From Naegleria gruberi (taxonomy: Eukaryota), in the NCBI GenBank assembly GCA_000004985.1, contig GG738879.1: 64,000 bases of DNA. The stretch is one strand, 5' to 3'. The notes under the pieces are model-generated. The model did not search any database. It saw nothing but the letters and a program-made list of their open reading frames with translations, and was not told the origin of the DNA. Numbering within the stretch: the stretch's first letter is position 1; every line of letters starts with the position of its first letter. This document shows, piece by piece, positions 52,608 to 63,993 of the stretch. A program made the translations under genes and the position numbers.

Positions 52608-55600
52608 ATGAAGACTCGAAACATGCGCCCTGCCGCACTGGTGGCGTGCAGTCTTGCTCTTTTACTTGTTGCTTGTGTTTTTGGTCAACAAGTAATTCCA
52701 ATCACTGATATTGGTATTTCCCTCCACGGCACTGTGGAAAAGGACCAATGGATTTATTACTCTGTTGATCCAAGCAAATTTGAATTTGGACAAAATGATA
52801 CTGGTTATGCTACATTTATGCTCACATCATTGAGTGGTGACTCTGATCTTCACGTTAGTATCACTGGTGTACCAAATGGTATTCCTTGCACTAATTGTAT
52901 ATTCTCTGCCGATACTCCTTTCAGTGATACACAAACTGTTGACAAGAGTGATAACACAAAATGGCCAGCTCCTGGTGGTATTTTCTACATTGGTGTTCAT
53001 GGTTTTAGTGTTGCTGAATTTGTTTTTAACGTTTGGTCAAGCAACAGTAAGTTGATACAATTTTTAAAAAACATATTATTTAACAATATATTGTGATGAT
53101 GAATATTATTATTTATTATTATTATTGTAATTTTCAGAGTTTGTTCACCTTACCGACGGAACTCCACAACAAGCCAAGGCTCTCAGAGGAACCTACACAT
53201 ACTTTAGACTTGAACTTCCTCACCTCTTGGCAACTAATCTTTCTATTTCAGTCACTCCAATTGATGGAGATCCTGATATTTTTGTTTCTTCACAAACACA
53301 ATATCCAACTTCAAATAATTATGAATGGAGTTCTAGGAGCTATGGATTTGACATTGTCAACATTCAACATGACACTCAAATGAATCCAGGTCTTGTTTAT
53401 TGGATTGGTGTTTATGCTTACAATGATGTTCACTTTACCATTGTTGCTAGACAATCCGAAACTGCAGTCCGTCTTCCTGAAGGACATGCTGTTGGTGATT
53501 TGATTGAAGCTGATCAAATGGAATATTATGTTTACAATAATCTTCAATTCCAACGTCTTTTGATAAGTCTTATTCCTTTGACTTCAAGAGGTGATCCAGA
53601 TCTTTACATCAAATTCGGTTCCGTTCCAACTTTGACCGATTATGATTATTCCCAAAGATCTATGGGTAATGATGCTTTTGAAATTGAAAAGGCCTCATCT
53701 CAATTGGGTTATTATTATATTGGTGTTCATGGTTATGCCAGAGATACCAAATATAGAATTCTTGTCACCACAGAAGAAGCTAACACTGTTTGTGCTGATG
53801 GTGTTTCTTATGCTGGTCGCCTTCTTACTAATGAACTCAATTACTACAAATTCTCTCATGCTGACACTGAAAGTCGTGTTACTGTTACAGTTAAGGTCTA
53901 CTCTGGTGCTGTCACTTTATACTATGCTTCTCATTCAAGACCAACACCTCAAAAGTATGATAGAATGGAAGTTTTGCAAGCTGGTGAACAAACCATTAAT
54001 ATGATGCTTCCTGCTATTGTTCAAGATTATTTCTTTGCAGTTCATGGTGTTTCTAATGCTGATTACTCAATTATTATTTCTACCAATCAAGTCCCTAGTC
54101 CTTTGGTTGATGGTTATGCCATTTACTGGGCTAGAGTTCCTAAAAATTATTATAGACATTTCTACTTTGAAGCTGATGATTTTGATACTAGTGATGTTTC
54201 TATTACTGTCGATCCAAGACTTGGTGATGTTGATCTCTATGTTAGTACTGAAGATTATTTCCCAACCAAAGATAACTACACTTGGTCCAGCAACAGCTAC
54301 AGCAAGGATACTGTACATATCGCTGCCAATGATCCTCTTGCAAAGGGTAAGAAATTGTTCCGTATTTCAGTCTTTGGTTTCCAAGAATCTAATTTCTTTA
54401 CCATTATTGCCATGCAAACCAATACCACTGTTATTTTGTTAGACGATGTCAGCACTCCTGGTACTGTTACCAGAAGAGATTATATTACCTACAAATACAA
54501 TGTTGAAGGTACCTCCAACCTTAGAGTTTCAGTTCAACCAACCTCTGAAGGTTCAGTTACTGTTTTCTGGAGTAGAACCAATCCAAAGCCAAACATGTTC
54601 CACAATGATGGTACATCAGATGACTTTGGTGGTAGTGTTTTTGAAATTAATTATGCTTATAAGGGTCCTTTATATATTAGTGTTTATGGTAAATCTGGTG
54701 CTCTTGTTTCATATGTTATTAATGTCAGGACAAACTATCAACATATTTATTCCAATGGACAATCATACCTTATTGAAGCTGATCAAAGTGAATATACTCA
54801 GTTCAGACTTTATGTGGGTTCCCATGTCAAGAACCTCGTTATTTCAGCTACTCTTGTCTCTGGTTTCACTAAGATGTATATTTCAAATGATGGCCAACCT
54901 GCCAACGCTACTCATTACACTTGGGTCAACTCTGAATGGCCAGGTAACGCTTTCATCATTCAAAATACTAACCCAGATTTCAAGCCTGGCAACTGGTTCA
55001 TTGGTGTTTATGGCGTAGTTGCATCTACATTCTATATTTCTGCCTCATCATATCCATATTATGCTTGGTTGGCTGAAGGTGTTCCAATGTTGGGTAAGGC
55101 TCCAGCTGATGGTACCCCAATGGTTTATGCTTATTGGTTGCCATACGTAGCAGATGACAAGAAGTCAGATTATGCCCTTCATATTAGAGCTATTGCTGGT
55201 CCAGTTGATGTATACGTCATTCAAGATTACAATGTTATTCCATCAAAAACTAACTTTACATTCTTCTCATCAGGCGACTCTGATAGAACTCTTTATCTTC
55301 CAAAGACCTCACTCAAATTTAGTTCTTCTCTTTATATTGGTGTTTATGGTAGAGCCGACTTTGGTGTTCCAACATTCCAACTTACTATGGGTACTTCTGA
55401 TTCTCCTAAATTCCTTGGACAAGATCAACCTCAATCTATCATCCTTCCTCCAAAGACCTATTCTTACTATCAAGTTATGAATAGATATGCTAAAAGCAAG
55501 GTATCTGTTTTCACTGAATCTTGTAACAATTCTCCAGCACCAAAGGTTTACCTTTCTGCTCTTGAAGAAAAACCACAAGCTGATTCATCTGATGCTGTTG

Positions 55601-56424
55601 CCTCAGTTGCTTTAACTGATTATCCTAGAAGTCTTGTTCAATCTGTTTCTGTTGACTCTCTTGCTGAACAAAAGTTCTATCTTGGTGTTGGTAATTTGGA
55701 TTATGCATCTGATTCATCAATCTATGTCACAACTGGTGATGATGCTAGACCATCTCTCATTAAGAACGTTCTTGAAGGTGCTAATATGGATAATTCAATG
55801 ACTGTTATGATTGTTCCTACTGCCAAAGCATCCTCCAGAGAAATGCCAGGAAACTTCTTGACATACAATGTTTACATCACTGAAATTGCTAAAGATCAAA
55901 ACTTTGGTGTTGTTAACATGCACACTACTTGTGGTATCAAGCGTAGTGGTTTGTTGGTCACTTCTGTTGTTGGTAACCCTGCATCTCAAAACATCCAAAT
56001 CAAATTCAGCGTTGATAAGAGTAGAAAGTACATTGTTAACGTTTTAGCTCAAGATAATATCGGTCTTTCAATTCCTTACACTCCATCTTATATTGTTAAT
56101 GGTGTTGTTATTGCTGAAAATACATCAGATGGAGGTTCTGTTGCTGCTGCTGTCATCTTCTCACTTTTGGCTGTATTCCTTGTTTTAGGTATTGCTGGCT
56201 ACATTGGTGGAGGTATTGCTTACAAGCATCGTCAAGGTCACAGAGGTATTGAAATGATTCCTAACATTGATTTGTGGAGAAAGATCTTCACTTGTGGTAG
56301 ATATGGTAGCTCTTACTCTACATTTGATGATGACAGAGTCAACACTTCTGGTTTCGGTAGCACTAATAACTCTTCAAGAGGTGAGGCTCAACCAATCAAC
56401 AGCTCTGGTTATGGATCTATTTAA
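52608..56424 (+). CDS. Type I membrane surface protein of eight tandem ~150-170-aa beta-sandwich repeats resembling the bacterial pre-peptidase C-terminal (PPC) domain, about 1240 aa. Two exons: join(52608..53046, 53138..56424).
   Basis: Signal peptide MKTRNMRPAALVACSLALLLVACVFG. Each repeat ends with a recurring motif (GDSDLHV…GIFYIGVHGFSV; GDPDIFV…LVYWIGVYAYND; GDPDLYI…GYYYIGVHGYAR; GDVDLYV…FRISVFGFQ; …GNWFIGVYGV; …LYIGVYGR), i.e. D-x-D-L/I-Y/F-V … Y-I-G-V-H/Y-G. A TM helix (AAAVIFSLLAVFLVLGIAGYIGGGIAY) and a short cytoplasmic tail follow. A 91-nt intron (GTAAGT..TTTCAG) joins the signal-peptide exon in phase 1. Confidence 0.7.
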
Positions 56425-56752
56425 GTCTCTTTAGCGAGAAAACACATTAATTTATTTAATAAAAATATTTATTCATTCATCAATCTATGTCACAACTGGT
56501 GATGATGTTGAAATTTATATGATTTGACATCTGTTTCTAGTTAATGTTTGAATAAGGTAACCTTTGTTTGAACTCTTATTCTCATGGAGAAATTACCCAG
56601 AGAAACTGAAATAATTTAGAAAGTGAATTAAAGAAGGAAAGGATGAGAACAATAAGAAACAGAGAACACTTAAATAATTTCTTAAGTTATGAAGCCAAAT
56701 TTCAAGAGAAAGGGAAGTCCAAATTTGGAAAACAAATAATAACAAGCCAGAA

Positions 56753-59700
56753 TTAATGACTAATCTTATTTATTGGTTTTACAACCCAAATCCATTTACA
56801 TACAATAGAGAAAAAACAATGACCATCAACCACGTTGAATGATGTGATGATTGATGAATCACCCAATCTTTGACTCTCGAGAACTTTTGGTGAAGTTGAA
56901 CATTCACTTCCTGACCATCCACCCACACAAGCACAGTTATTTGGTGAGAAACAACTGCCGTGTCCAGAACAAACAGATACACTTGTGGAGATAGTTCCAT
57001 AACAATCAAATTGGTTACACTCTTTTCCATAGTAGTTATTTGCACATAAACAATTATTTGGTGATAAACAACTGCCGTGTCCAGAACAAACTGATGTGTT
57101 TGTGGAGATTGTTCCATAACAATCAAATTGGCTACAGTCATTTCCGTAGTGATTATTTACACATGAACAATTATTTGGTGAGAGACAGCTACCATTCAAA
57201 CTTCCACCACATGCATTATTGTCAATCAATCCAAAACAAATTGGTGTTCCACATTCTTTACCCGTGTATTCATTTGAGCAGGTGCAATTGTTGAAAGAGG
57301 AACAATTGCCTTTGAATGGACCATTACAGGCATCACTTCCATTCAATCCAAAGCAAATAGGCTTCTCACATTCAATTCCAAACCATCCACTTGTGCATGA
57401 ACAGGTATTTACATCACTACATAATCCATTTCCAGAACAGGCAGCAGTTGAGGTTTTGTTGAAACAAAATGGAAGACAAGTTTGGAAATCATCTTGCATT
57501 TCATAACCATCTGGACATCCAATCTTTCTTACAACTCTTCCATTTCCATTACTCATATGAATTACACCAATGGCATTTGTCAAAGGTGAAACTGAAATTC
57601 CAACAATATCACCAAATGTTGCATTACTCAATAATCCATCTTCCATTGAGGTCGATCCAGATTTTCCAGTCACTAACTTTAACACATTTTCCTTCTCATC
57701 AAATCTATAAATTTCATTGTCTCTCACCAAAATAATGGTTCCAAACTTGGTACATTGTATAGTATAACTTTCAATGGATAAACCATCCAATTGTTTTCTC
57801 AACATTCCATCTGGTGTTAACTTGAAAAAGTATGAATTAATAAGCAAGTAAACATTATCATCATTTGGACATGTGGTGAAATCATTAAATTCCATAAGTG
57901 GAAAGTCAGTTGCTTTGGTAATATTTGGATAAACATAATAAGGATTGTACAAGCCATTGCCAACTATTGTTGAAACTATTCCATTAGCATCAATCTTTCT
58001 CACTCTGCTATATTCATAATCATAAATCATCATTTCTCCGCTATTATAATTCACATTAACACCATATGGAGTAAATTGAGTTTTAGTATAGTGAACATTT
58101 TCCACCAGTTGACCAATAATAGTGGAAACAGTTCTTACATCCATATCCACAATTCTCACTCTTTTACCATCGAGGAAGTATAAATTTCCATCAATGGATG
58201 AAATTCTTGCTGCTGCAACTGTAGCAAGGGTGTTTTCTTCAGAAAGTTCTTTGTTATCCCCACTTACAACAGAACTTCTGGTTGTCTTTCTTTCAACTGA
58301 ATTACCTGTTAATGATATCTCTATTAATTCATTATCGTAAACTGTGAAAATCATGCCATTGTAGTAACTCAAATAGTATGGATAGCCTATTGAGGCAGTT
58401 GAGAGATTACCATTTTGGTAATTGGTGTTTTGGTATTGACCAGCCACAGTAGAAACGACTCCATTAGAAATCTTTCGAATAACACAATTGAAAGTATCTG
58501 AAACATATAGATCTCCATTGGTAGTATCTATATCAAGACCATTGGGAAAGTAAAAACGTGCAGTCTGAATTGGACCATCTTGATATCCACTTATCGTTCC
58601 TCCAGAAAAGGTTGAAACTATTTGAGATGTGAAATTGTAAACTCTGATTCTATGATTATAAGCATCAACAAAATATAGTTGACCATCAAGTGCATTAAAT
58701 GTCAAACCTAGAGGGTAATTTAATTGAACATCCGTGCCAATACCACTTTCATAGTTATTGGAAGTTGAAGAACCTGTTCCAATAATTCTGGTTGATTTTT
58801 CTAAAGAATCAACTCTATAGATAGAGGTTCTATCTGAGAAGTAAACATTAGAATTTGAATCTATTTCAATTGACTGTGGATTTCCATTGTATAGACTATT
58901 ACCTGAACTGTCAGCTGTTATGTGAATAGTTGAAATTATTCCATTTTGTGAAATCTTTCTAATTCTGTCCAAACTTAACAAGTAAATTTCACTTGTTTTC
59001 TTATCAAATTTGATGTCAATATAGTTTGATGAGGTAATTGCTTGCTCAAACGGGACATTATCAACTCCAAAGTAATCTGGAGCAAATAAAAGTCTTGTTC
59101 CATTGGTTAAATACTTGTACATTACTCTATCACCAATGATATAGATATTGTTCTGATTATCAGCATATTCTATTTGATACTTGTTACTTCCAGAAAGACC
59201 TGTGTTAAACAGGAAAGTTGTCAATCCATCTTTAAATTTGACAACTTGTTGGTAACTTGAAACCACAAATGAATCCTCATTCAATGAATAAGCCAGGCTG
59301 TTTCCTTTGACAAATGATTGTCCATAGGTTGTTCCTGAAATAGTGTATGGATCTGGTGAACCTGCTATAATTGTTGTCCATGCTTGTTGATTTTGTAGAT
59401 CTACCTTTCTAATAACTCGATTATCAAGATCGGCAATCAATAATTGATCCAATTGTGGTAGATATTGAATTTGGTAGGGTCTTACATACACATCCTTTCC
59501 ATTTTGTGGAAGATATGTTCTTTCATATGAATTGATATCGTTTCCCAAAAGTGTTGAAACCTGATTAGAATTCATATTCAACACTCTGACACGTTGATTA
59601 TTCAGATCTGAAATGAACAACTCTTGTGTCGAGTCTTTGAATGAAAGAGAGGGAATATAGTAAAACAGAGCTTGAGTTGCATTTCCATCTCTATATCCAT

Positions 59701-60442
59701 TATTATAATTATTGCCATCTCCTGCAATTACACTCATCACTCCATTACTCAACAATTTAACAATATTATTATAGGCTGACAAGTAAATATCACCATTTGA
59801 TGGATTAATAACCAATCCATTCATATTTTGATAGTAAGCAATGGTTGAAACAGTCGAGTTGACTTGTGAAATTAATCTCACTTTTTCTCCATCAGCAAGA
59901 TAAATGTCCTTGTTGGGACCGTGGACAAATAATTGTCTTGGCCCAACGAAAGTTGAACTATTCAAACTACGATCATCATATCCACTAGTTCGGGGAATAC
60001 CAGCAATATCAAAAATCTTTCCATTCACATCAATTTTTCTAACCAAATAATTATTCGAATCTGTGAAATATAAATCACCATTACTATCATCAAGAAAGAG
60101 AGAAAAAGGAGAGTCAATCTTTGCTTTCAAAGCATCTCCATTATGATCAGTGTTATAACCTGTATTACCATAAATACCTGCTATAGTCTGAAGAGTTCCA
60201 TCTTTTCTAACCTTTCGAATAACTTCATTGGTACAAAAGTAAAATTCAGAACCATCCCTTGATGAGGCAACACATGAAACACTTCCAATATAATTACCCA
60301 AAACAGAGGTAAAATCATTATTTGTATTGGTACTATTAGTGAGAGTGGTCACTGTAGGAAGTATTGGATTCAATGCATGTGTCAGTTGACAAAATAATCC
60401 AATAACCAAAAATAAAAGAAATTGAACGGTAGATTGGTTCAT
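56753..60442 (-). CDS. Secreted NHL-repeat (beta-propeller) protein with a C-terminal array of EGF/tenascin-like Cys-rich modules, 1229 aa.
   Basis: Signal peptide MNQSTVQFLLFLVIGLFCQLTHA. About 900 aa of NHL-like units (…NGDLYFTDSNNYLVRKIDVNG…, …DLYVSDTFNCVIRKI…). Then EGF-like repeats of ~39 aa, each CxxxGxCxxxxxCxCxxxxxGxxC (CSGNGLCSDVNTCSCTSGWFGIECEKP…). Single exon. Confidence 0.7.
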   Translation of the reverse strand: MNQSTVQFLLFLVIGLFCQLTHALNPILPTVTTLTNSTNTNNDFTSVLGNYIGSVSCVASSRDGSEFYFCTNEVIRKVRKDGTLQTIAGIYGNTGYNTDHNGDALKAKIDSPFSLFLDDSNGDLYFTDSNNYLVRKIDVNGKIFDIAGIPRTSGYDDRSLNSSTFVGPRQLFVHGPNKDIYLADGEKVRLISQVNSTVSTIAYYQNMNGLVINPSNGDIYLSAYNNIVKLLSNGVMSVIAGDGNNYNNGYRDGNATQALFYYIPSLSFKDSTQELFISDLNNQRVRVLNMNSNQVSTLLGNDINSYERTYLPQNGKDVYVRPYQIQYLPQLDQLLIADLDNRVIRKVDLQNQQAWTTIIAGSPDPYTISGTTYGQSFVKGNSLAYSLNEDSFVVSSYQQVVKFKDGLTTFLFNTGLSGSNKYQIEYADNQNNIYIIGDRVMYKYLTNGTRLLFAPDYFGVDNVPFEQAITSSNYIDIKFDKKTSEIYLLSLDRIRKISQNGIISTIHITADSSGNSLYNGNPQSIEIDSNSNVYFSDRTSIYRVDSLEKSTRIIGTGSSTSNNYESGIGTDVQLNYPLGLTFNALDGQLYFVDAYNHRIRVYNFTSQIVSTFSGGTISGYQDGPIQTARFYFPNGLDIDTTNGDLYVSDTFNCVIRKISNGVVSTVAGQYQNTNYQNGNLSTASIGYPYYLSYYNGMIFTVYDNELIEISLTGNSVERKTTRSSVVSGDNKELSEENTLATVAAARISSIDGNLYFLDGKRVRIVDMDVRTVSTIIGQLVENVHYTKTQFTPYGVNVNYNSGEMMIYDYEYSRVRKIDANGIVSTIVGNGLYNPYYVYPNITKATDFPLMEFNDFTTCPNDDNVYLLINSYFFKLTPDGMLRKQLDGLSIESYTIQCTKFGTIILVRDNEIYRFDEKENVLKLVTGKSGSTSMEDGLLSNATFGDIVGISVSPLTNAIGVIHMSNGNGRVVRKIGCPDGYEMQDDFQTCLPFCFNKTSTAACSGNGLCSDVNTCSCTSGWFGIECEKPICFGLNGSDACNGPFKGNCSSFNNCTCSNEYTGKECGTPICFGLIDNNACGGSLNGSCLSPNNCSCVNNHYGNDCSQFDCYGTISTNTSVCSGHGSCLSPNNCLCANNYYGKECNQFDCYGTISTSVSVCSGHGSCFSPNNCACVGGWSGSECSTSPKVLESQRLGDSSIITSFNVVDGHCFFSIVCKWIWVVKPINKISH
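56934..57230. repeat. Tandem 117-bp repeat, about 2.5 copies at ~90% identity, encoding consecutive 39-aa EGF-like modules of the NHL/EGF protein.
   Basis: Unit 1 at 56934..57050 and unit 2 at 57051..57167 align nearly base for base (CAATTATTTGGTGA(G/T)AAACAACTGCCGTGTCCAGAACAAAC…). A third partial unit starts at 57168. Confidence 0.7.
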
Positions 60443-60970
60443 CTTTGCAATATTTTTTTTTTGAACTGGTAGCCAATTTAACTGTCTGCGTGAATGGAAA
60501 ATGAACTTGATAGTAGGTAGGCCACAGGTTGCTATTCCTGGCTCTAATGGGCATGATTGACAAGTGACTTATTCACAAAGATGATGCACTTTTGTTTCAT
60601 TGTATTAAACAATGTCTTGTAATGGTGAATTAGTTATTTTCAGATTTTATTTTCAAACAGTTTAATTCACTCTGTGTTTCGTCAAGAACTTTTTGGGTTT
60701 TTGAGACTTGTTTTTCATTGGTCCACCACAAAAGTGTCCTTACAATACAAACTGTAAATTCAAACTTGCATTACAACCATTCCAATGAATCTATTTTAAA
60801 CTCTCAGCCAATCAGCACAGCCTTGTTTCGTGTATTTTCAACAGCTTAAAATTCCCGCGATTCTCAAAGGCTAAAAAATCAAATCTTAAAAAAAAACAAC
60901 GAAAAAGTTCCGCAAGGTTACGCAAGTACTCGACTCTCTGTAAAAACAACAACACATAGACGGTTACCCT

Positions 60971-61942
60971 ATGCTAAAAATCCCACAACCACAACAAGAA
61001 TATAACAACCAAGGAGTAGCATTAGAACAACACCCACCTAATAATCGTACAAATAGTTTAAGTAGTCAAAATGTCGGAATTAAGTTTTTGCAAACAAGTA
61101 ACAAGACCTTAGTTGAGGTTTGTATTTGAACATGTTATGTAATTTCTTAAACACTGTTGGTGCTATAGACCAAGATTCAAGTCTCTTTGGAGAGTCTCGT
61201 AAAATTGGATGATAATACTGTAAAGAATATTCTTTACGAAATGGCAAACTCAAATTTGAGTATTGAAAATTCTTCTATTGAGAATTTTGCATTGATTACT
61301 TCAAAGCACTTTTTCAGAGAATTTGATAATATTAATCTTGTAAAGTTGGACGTTGAACAATCTAATTGGCAACAAATCGAAAACAACAAGGCTGGACATT
61401 TCCAAGCTGAATGTCTCAGATTTGGTGAGTTTTGTTTTTAGCTTTGATGATTGACATTAATAGTTCGTCTCGCTGATCCAAGAAATGGTGAAATTTCCCT
61501 TTGTAGTGGAGTTAAATCTTTGAGTGTTCCAAAGAAATCTGAAGTATCAGAATTCTTGAAGAGTAATTCTATCAAGATGGACGTTTTCTGGAAGATTTCC
61601 TCAAGTGGCATTGAAGAACATACAAGAAGCTTGGTTAATGATAGGCAATCTGTTATTGACTTTAATGAAACCTATGATAAGGTTAGAGAATCTATTTGGA
61701 ATGGTGTAAAGGACATTCAAAACATTGACTTGAAGGATCAATGTAACAATGTATTGGGAGATGTACCAATAATTAAGTGTGTCTTTATCTCAATCCCAAA
61801 TTGTGGACAAAAGATGGATGCATTTGCTTCTAGACATCAATCTGTTACTCAACAATTCTCATTCCATGGTCGTCCAGCCAATAATATTTTCCTCAACCAC
61901 TTCCATAGAATGAACAGAGATTTTTATGCTTCCAAGCTCTAA
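60971..61942 (+). CDS. Peroxisomal (PTS1 -SKL) protein of 293 aa with weak similarity to urate oxidase (uricase, tandem T-fold). Three exons: join(60971..61117, 61169..61424, 61464..61942).
   Basis: Two introns of 51 nt (GTTTGT..CTATAG) and 39 nt (GTGAGT..TAATAG) join three in-frame segments with consistent phases. C-terminus …FYASKL*. Segment ANSNLSIENSSIENFALITSK resembles the uricase ADNSVIVATDSIKNTIYITAK block and SIPNCGQKMD resembles SLPNKHYFEID. However, the catalytic TD is EN here, so the assignment is tentative. Confidence 0.45.
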
Positions 61943-62136
61943 ATCCTATGTAAATAAATTCCAAAATATGTCTTATTAATATCATAAAATCTGTCAAATC
62001 CTTCACTTGTTTATTTCCAGATAATTTTTAATAATTCTTGTTCTGGTGCTTATATTACATTTGATTCTTTCAATTTTACATATTTGGATAATTGATTTAT
62101 TTATCAAAAGAATAAGTAGAAACAAAGTAAAAGAAA

Positions 62137-62577
62137 ATGCACGTTAAAAACTTTATGATTCCTGCAAAGCAAGTTATTACAGCGTCACCTTCATCCTCTT
62201 TAACTGAAGTTGGATCCCTGATGGTGACCAATCACATTGGTTGTGTACTAATTGTCGAAAACTCAAAACCAATCGGTATTATCACAAAATCAGACATGGT
62301 AAAATACTATCTGGAAAATGCTGATATTAAAAAACCAGTCCAAGAATTCATGAGCACCAATTTGAAAACAGTGAAGGATACCTTAGAAACAGACCAAGCT
62401 GCAACTGAAATGAATTCTAGCAAACTTCACTATCTCATCGTTAATGATTCAAAGAATAATTGGGAAGGTATTGTTTCAACGAAGGATGTGCTTGAAGAGG
62501 AGGTGTTTGAATCAAAGGCATTTCCTTATGTGACACGAGTTGGTATTTCCAGATCATCGCCATACATTAAATATTAA
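62137..62577 (+). CDS. CBS-domain-pair protein, 146 aa.
   Basis: Two CBS-like units (…ASPSSSLTEVGSLMVTNHIGCVLIVENSKPIGIITKSDMVKY… and …LHYLIVNDSKNNWEGIVSTKDVLEE…). Single exon. Confidence 0.7.
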   Translation: MHVKNFMIPAKQVITASPSSSLTEVGSLMVTNHIGCVLIVENSKPIGIITKSDMVKYYLENADIKKPVQEFMSTNLKTVKDTLETDQAATEMNSSKLHYLIVNDSKNNWEGIVSTKDVLEEEVFESKAFPYVTRVGISRSSPYIKY

Positions 62578-63272
62578 TCATCCAATTGATTCAATCTAAC
62601 TTTAGTATTATAACACTTCTTCATCATTTTACTTATTGATAATTGAACATCTTCAATTGGATAGTCCAATCTAACAGATTCCATCTTAATATAAATCACA
62701 ATGTATCCATATCACATATAAATACTTACGGCAGTATGTTTAACACATTGAAAATGGATTTTTGAAGGTTGATTTTCATCAGAATCTCTCAATAACGATC
62801 CACATTCAGCCCAATAGGATGCCCTAATTTCAGAACATGATCTATCATCCAATTTTCTCAAATTAAAATTCCTAATAGAACACAATGGAGCGTCATCAAT
62901 GGAATGTATCAATTCATGTCTTAACACTTCATTTAATTCACTCTCATTCAACACATGATTTTTGCACACAATAATTCTTCTCTCTTCCTTTCCATCATTC
63001 AAGTAGCGCCTTTGATAATATGCCCTCGCATGATTATCGCACTCTATTACATTCAATTTCACATCTTGTTTACATTCGGAAAGGAGAGTTTCATACAAGA
63101 GTCTAACTTTTTCATCACAATTATTTCCTTTTAATTTTAAACAATTATCAAAATACTTTTGAATCCAATCATGATCATCTTTTATATTATTATCATTGTT
63201 TTGATTCTTCCCTTCTTCTGAATTTTCTTGATCCGAGCCGAGAAATGAAAAACTCTCTTCATGTTGTTGCAT
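62574..63272 (-). CDS. ATP23-like (peptidase M76) mitochondrial metalloprotease, 217 aa. Two exons: complement(join(62574..62684, 62730..63272)).
   Basis: HExxH zinc motif HELIHSID with flanking Cys residues as in ATP23. A 45-nt intron (GTAAGT..TTAAG) follows …CVKHTA. The second exon (MESVRL…MMKKCYNTKVRLNQLDD*) matches the ATP23 C-terminal …VWDDCFNDTRPF block. Confidence 0.65.
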
Positions 63273-63339
63273 TTTTTTTTAAAACTGTTTTTAAGGTTTT
63301 TCAAGAATTTACAAAAACATTAAATATTAATAAACCTTT

Positions 63340-63993
63340 TCATTCATCTGATTCATCTGTTTTCAAGTTTCCTTTTCGTTCTTTCATACGTTGCTTCTTT
63401 CTTTCCTCTTCCATCTTTTGAATGATTGAAATGGATTGTTTCATTAGTTCTATATTCTTGTTGATTTTCTCTCGTTGTGATTTTTCTTGTTCTGTGTTGG
63501 ATAATAGAACGTTATTGATAATCTTGTCATGGGATTCCTTACTCCTTCTCAATTCGCATATTAACTGGACTGATTTACTTGTCATTGCCTTAACATAGTC
63601 TTTACCAAAATTGGGATCTATTGGTGGAGCTTCCCTTTTTTTCAATTTCCTTGGTCTTTTCAAATTTGCTTCATCGATATCAAATATTCCCTCCAGTAAA
63701 TCATCAACCTCCAAAATCTGAGCTTTCACTTGTGGTTGCATTTGTCCAAAACTTGCCTTTTCTAAAATCTTTTTCTGTGCATAATTAAAGAGATTTGTTT
63801 GAAAATCAGGATCCTTTTTAATTTCCTCTCTTCTATTCACAATTCTTCCATATTTTTCAATGGTTCTCATCTTGGATTCCATTTCTTTTTGATGTTTATG
63901 TTGATTTTCAAGTTTGAGTCTTCTCTTTGGTGATGAAGATCCATCTATTGTGCCTTGACTGAGAGTTGGAGAATGTCCTCCATCGTCAGTCAT
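63340..63993 (-). CDS. Hypothetical Lys/Glu-rich, probably coiled-coil, protein of 217 aa.
   Basis: Intact ORF with ATG at 63991..63993 (minus), near the window edge. Highly charged sequence with no recognisable domain. Confidence 0.45.
   Translation of the reverse strand: MTDDGGHSPTLSQGTIDGSSSPKRRLKLENQHKHQKEMESKMRTIEKYGRIVNRREEIKKDPDFQTNLFNYAQKKILEKASFGQMQPQVKAQILEVDDLLEGIFDIDEANLKRPRKLKKREAPPIDPNFGKDYVKAMTSKSVQLICELRRSKESHDKIINNVLLSNTEQEKSQREKINKNIELMKQSISIIQKMEEERKKQRMKERKGNLKTDESDE

Noticed and set aside
53642-55480. Several 100-190-aa plus-strand ORFs in other frames within the PPC-repeat gene, and a minus-strand ORF at 54067..54318.
   Set aside because: Out-of-frame shadows of a long repetitive CDS; hydrophobic junk translations.
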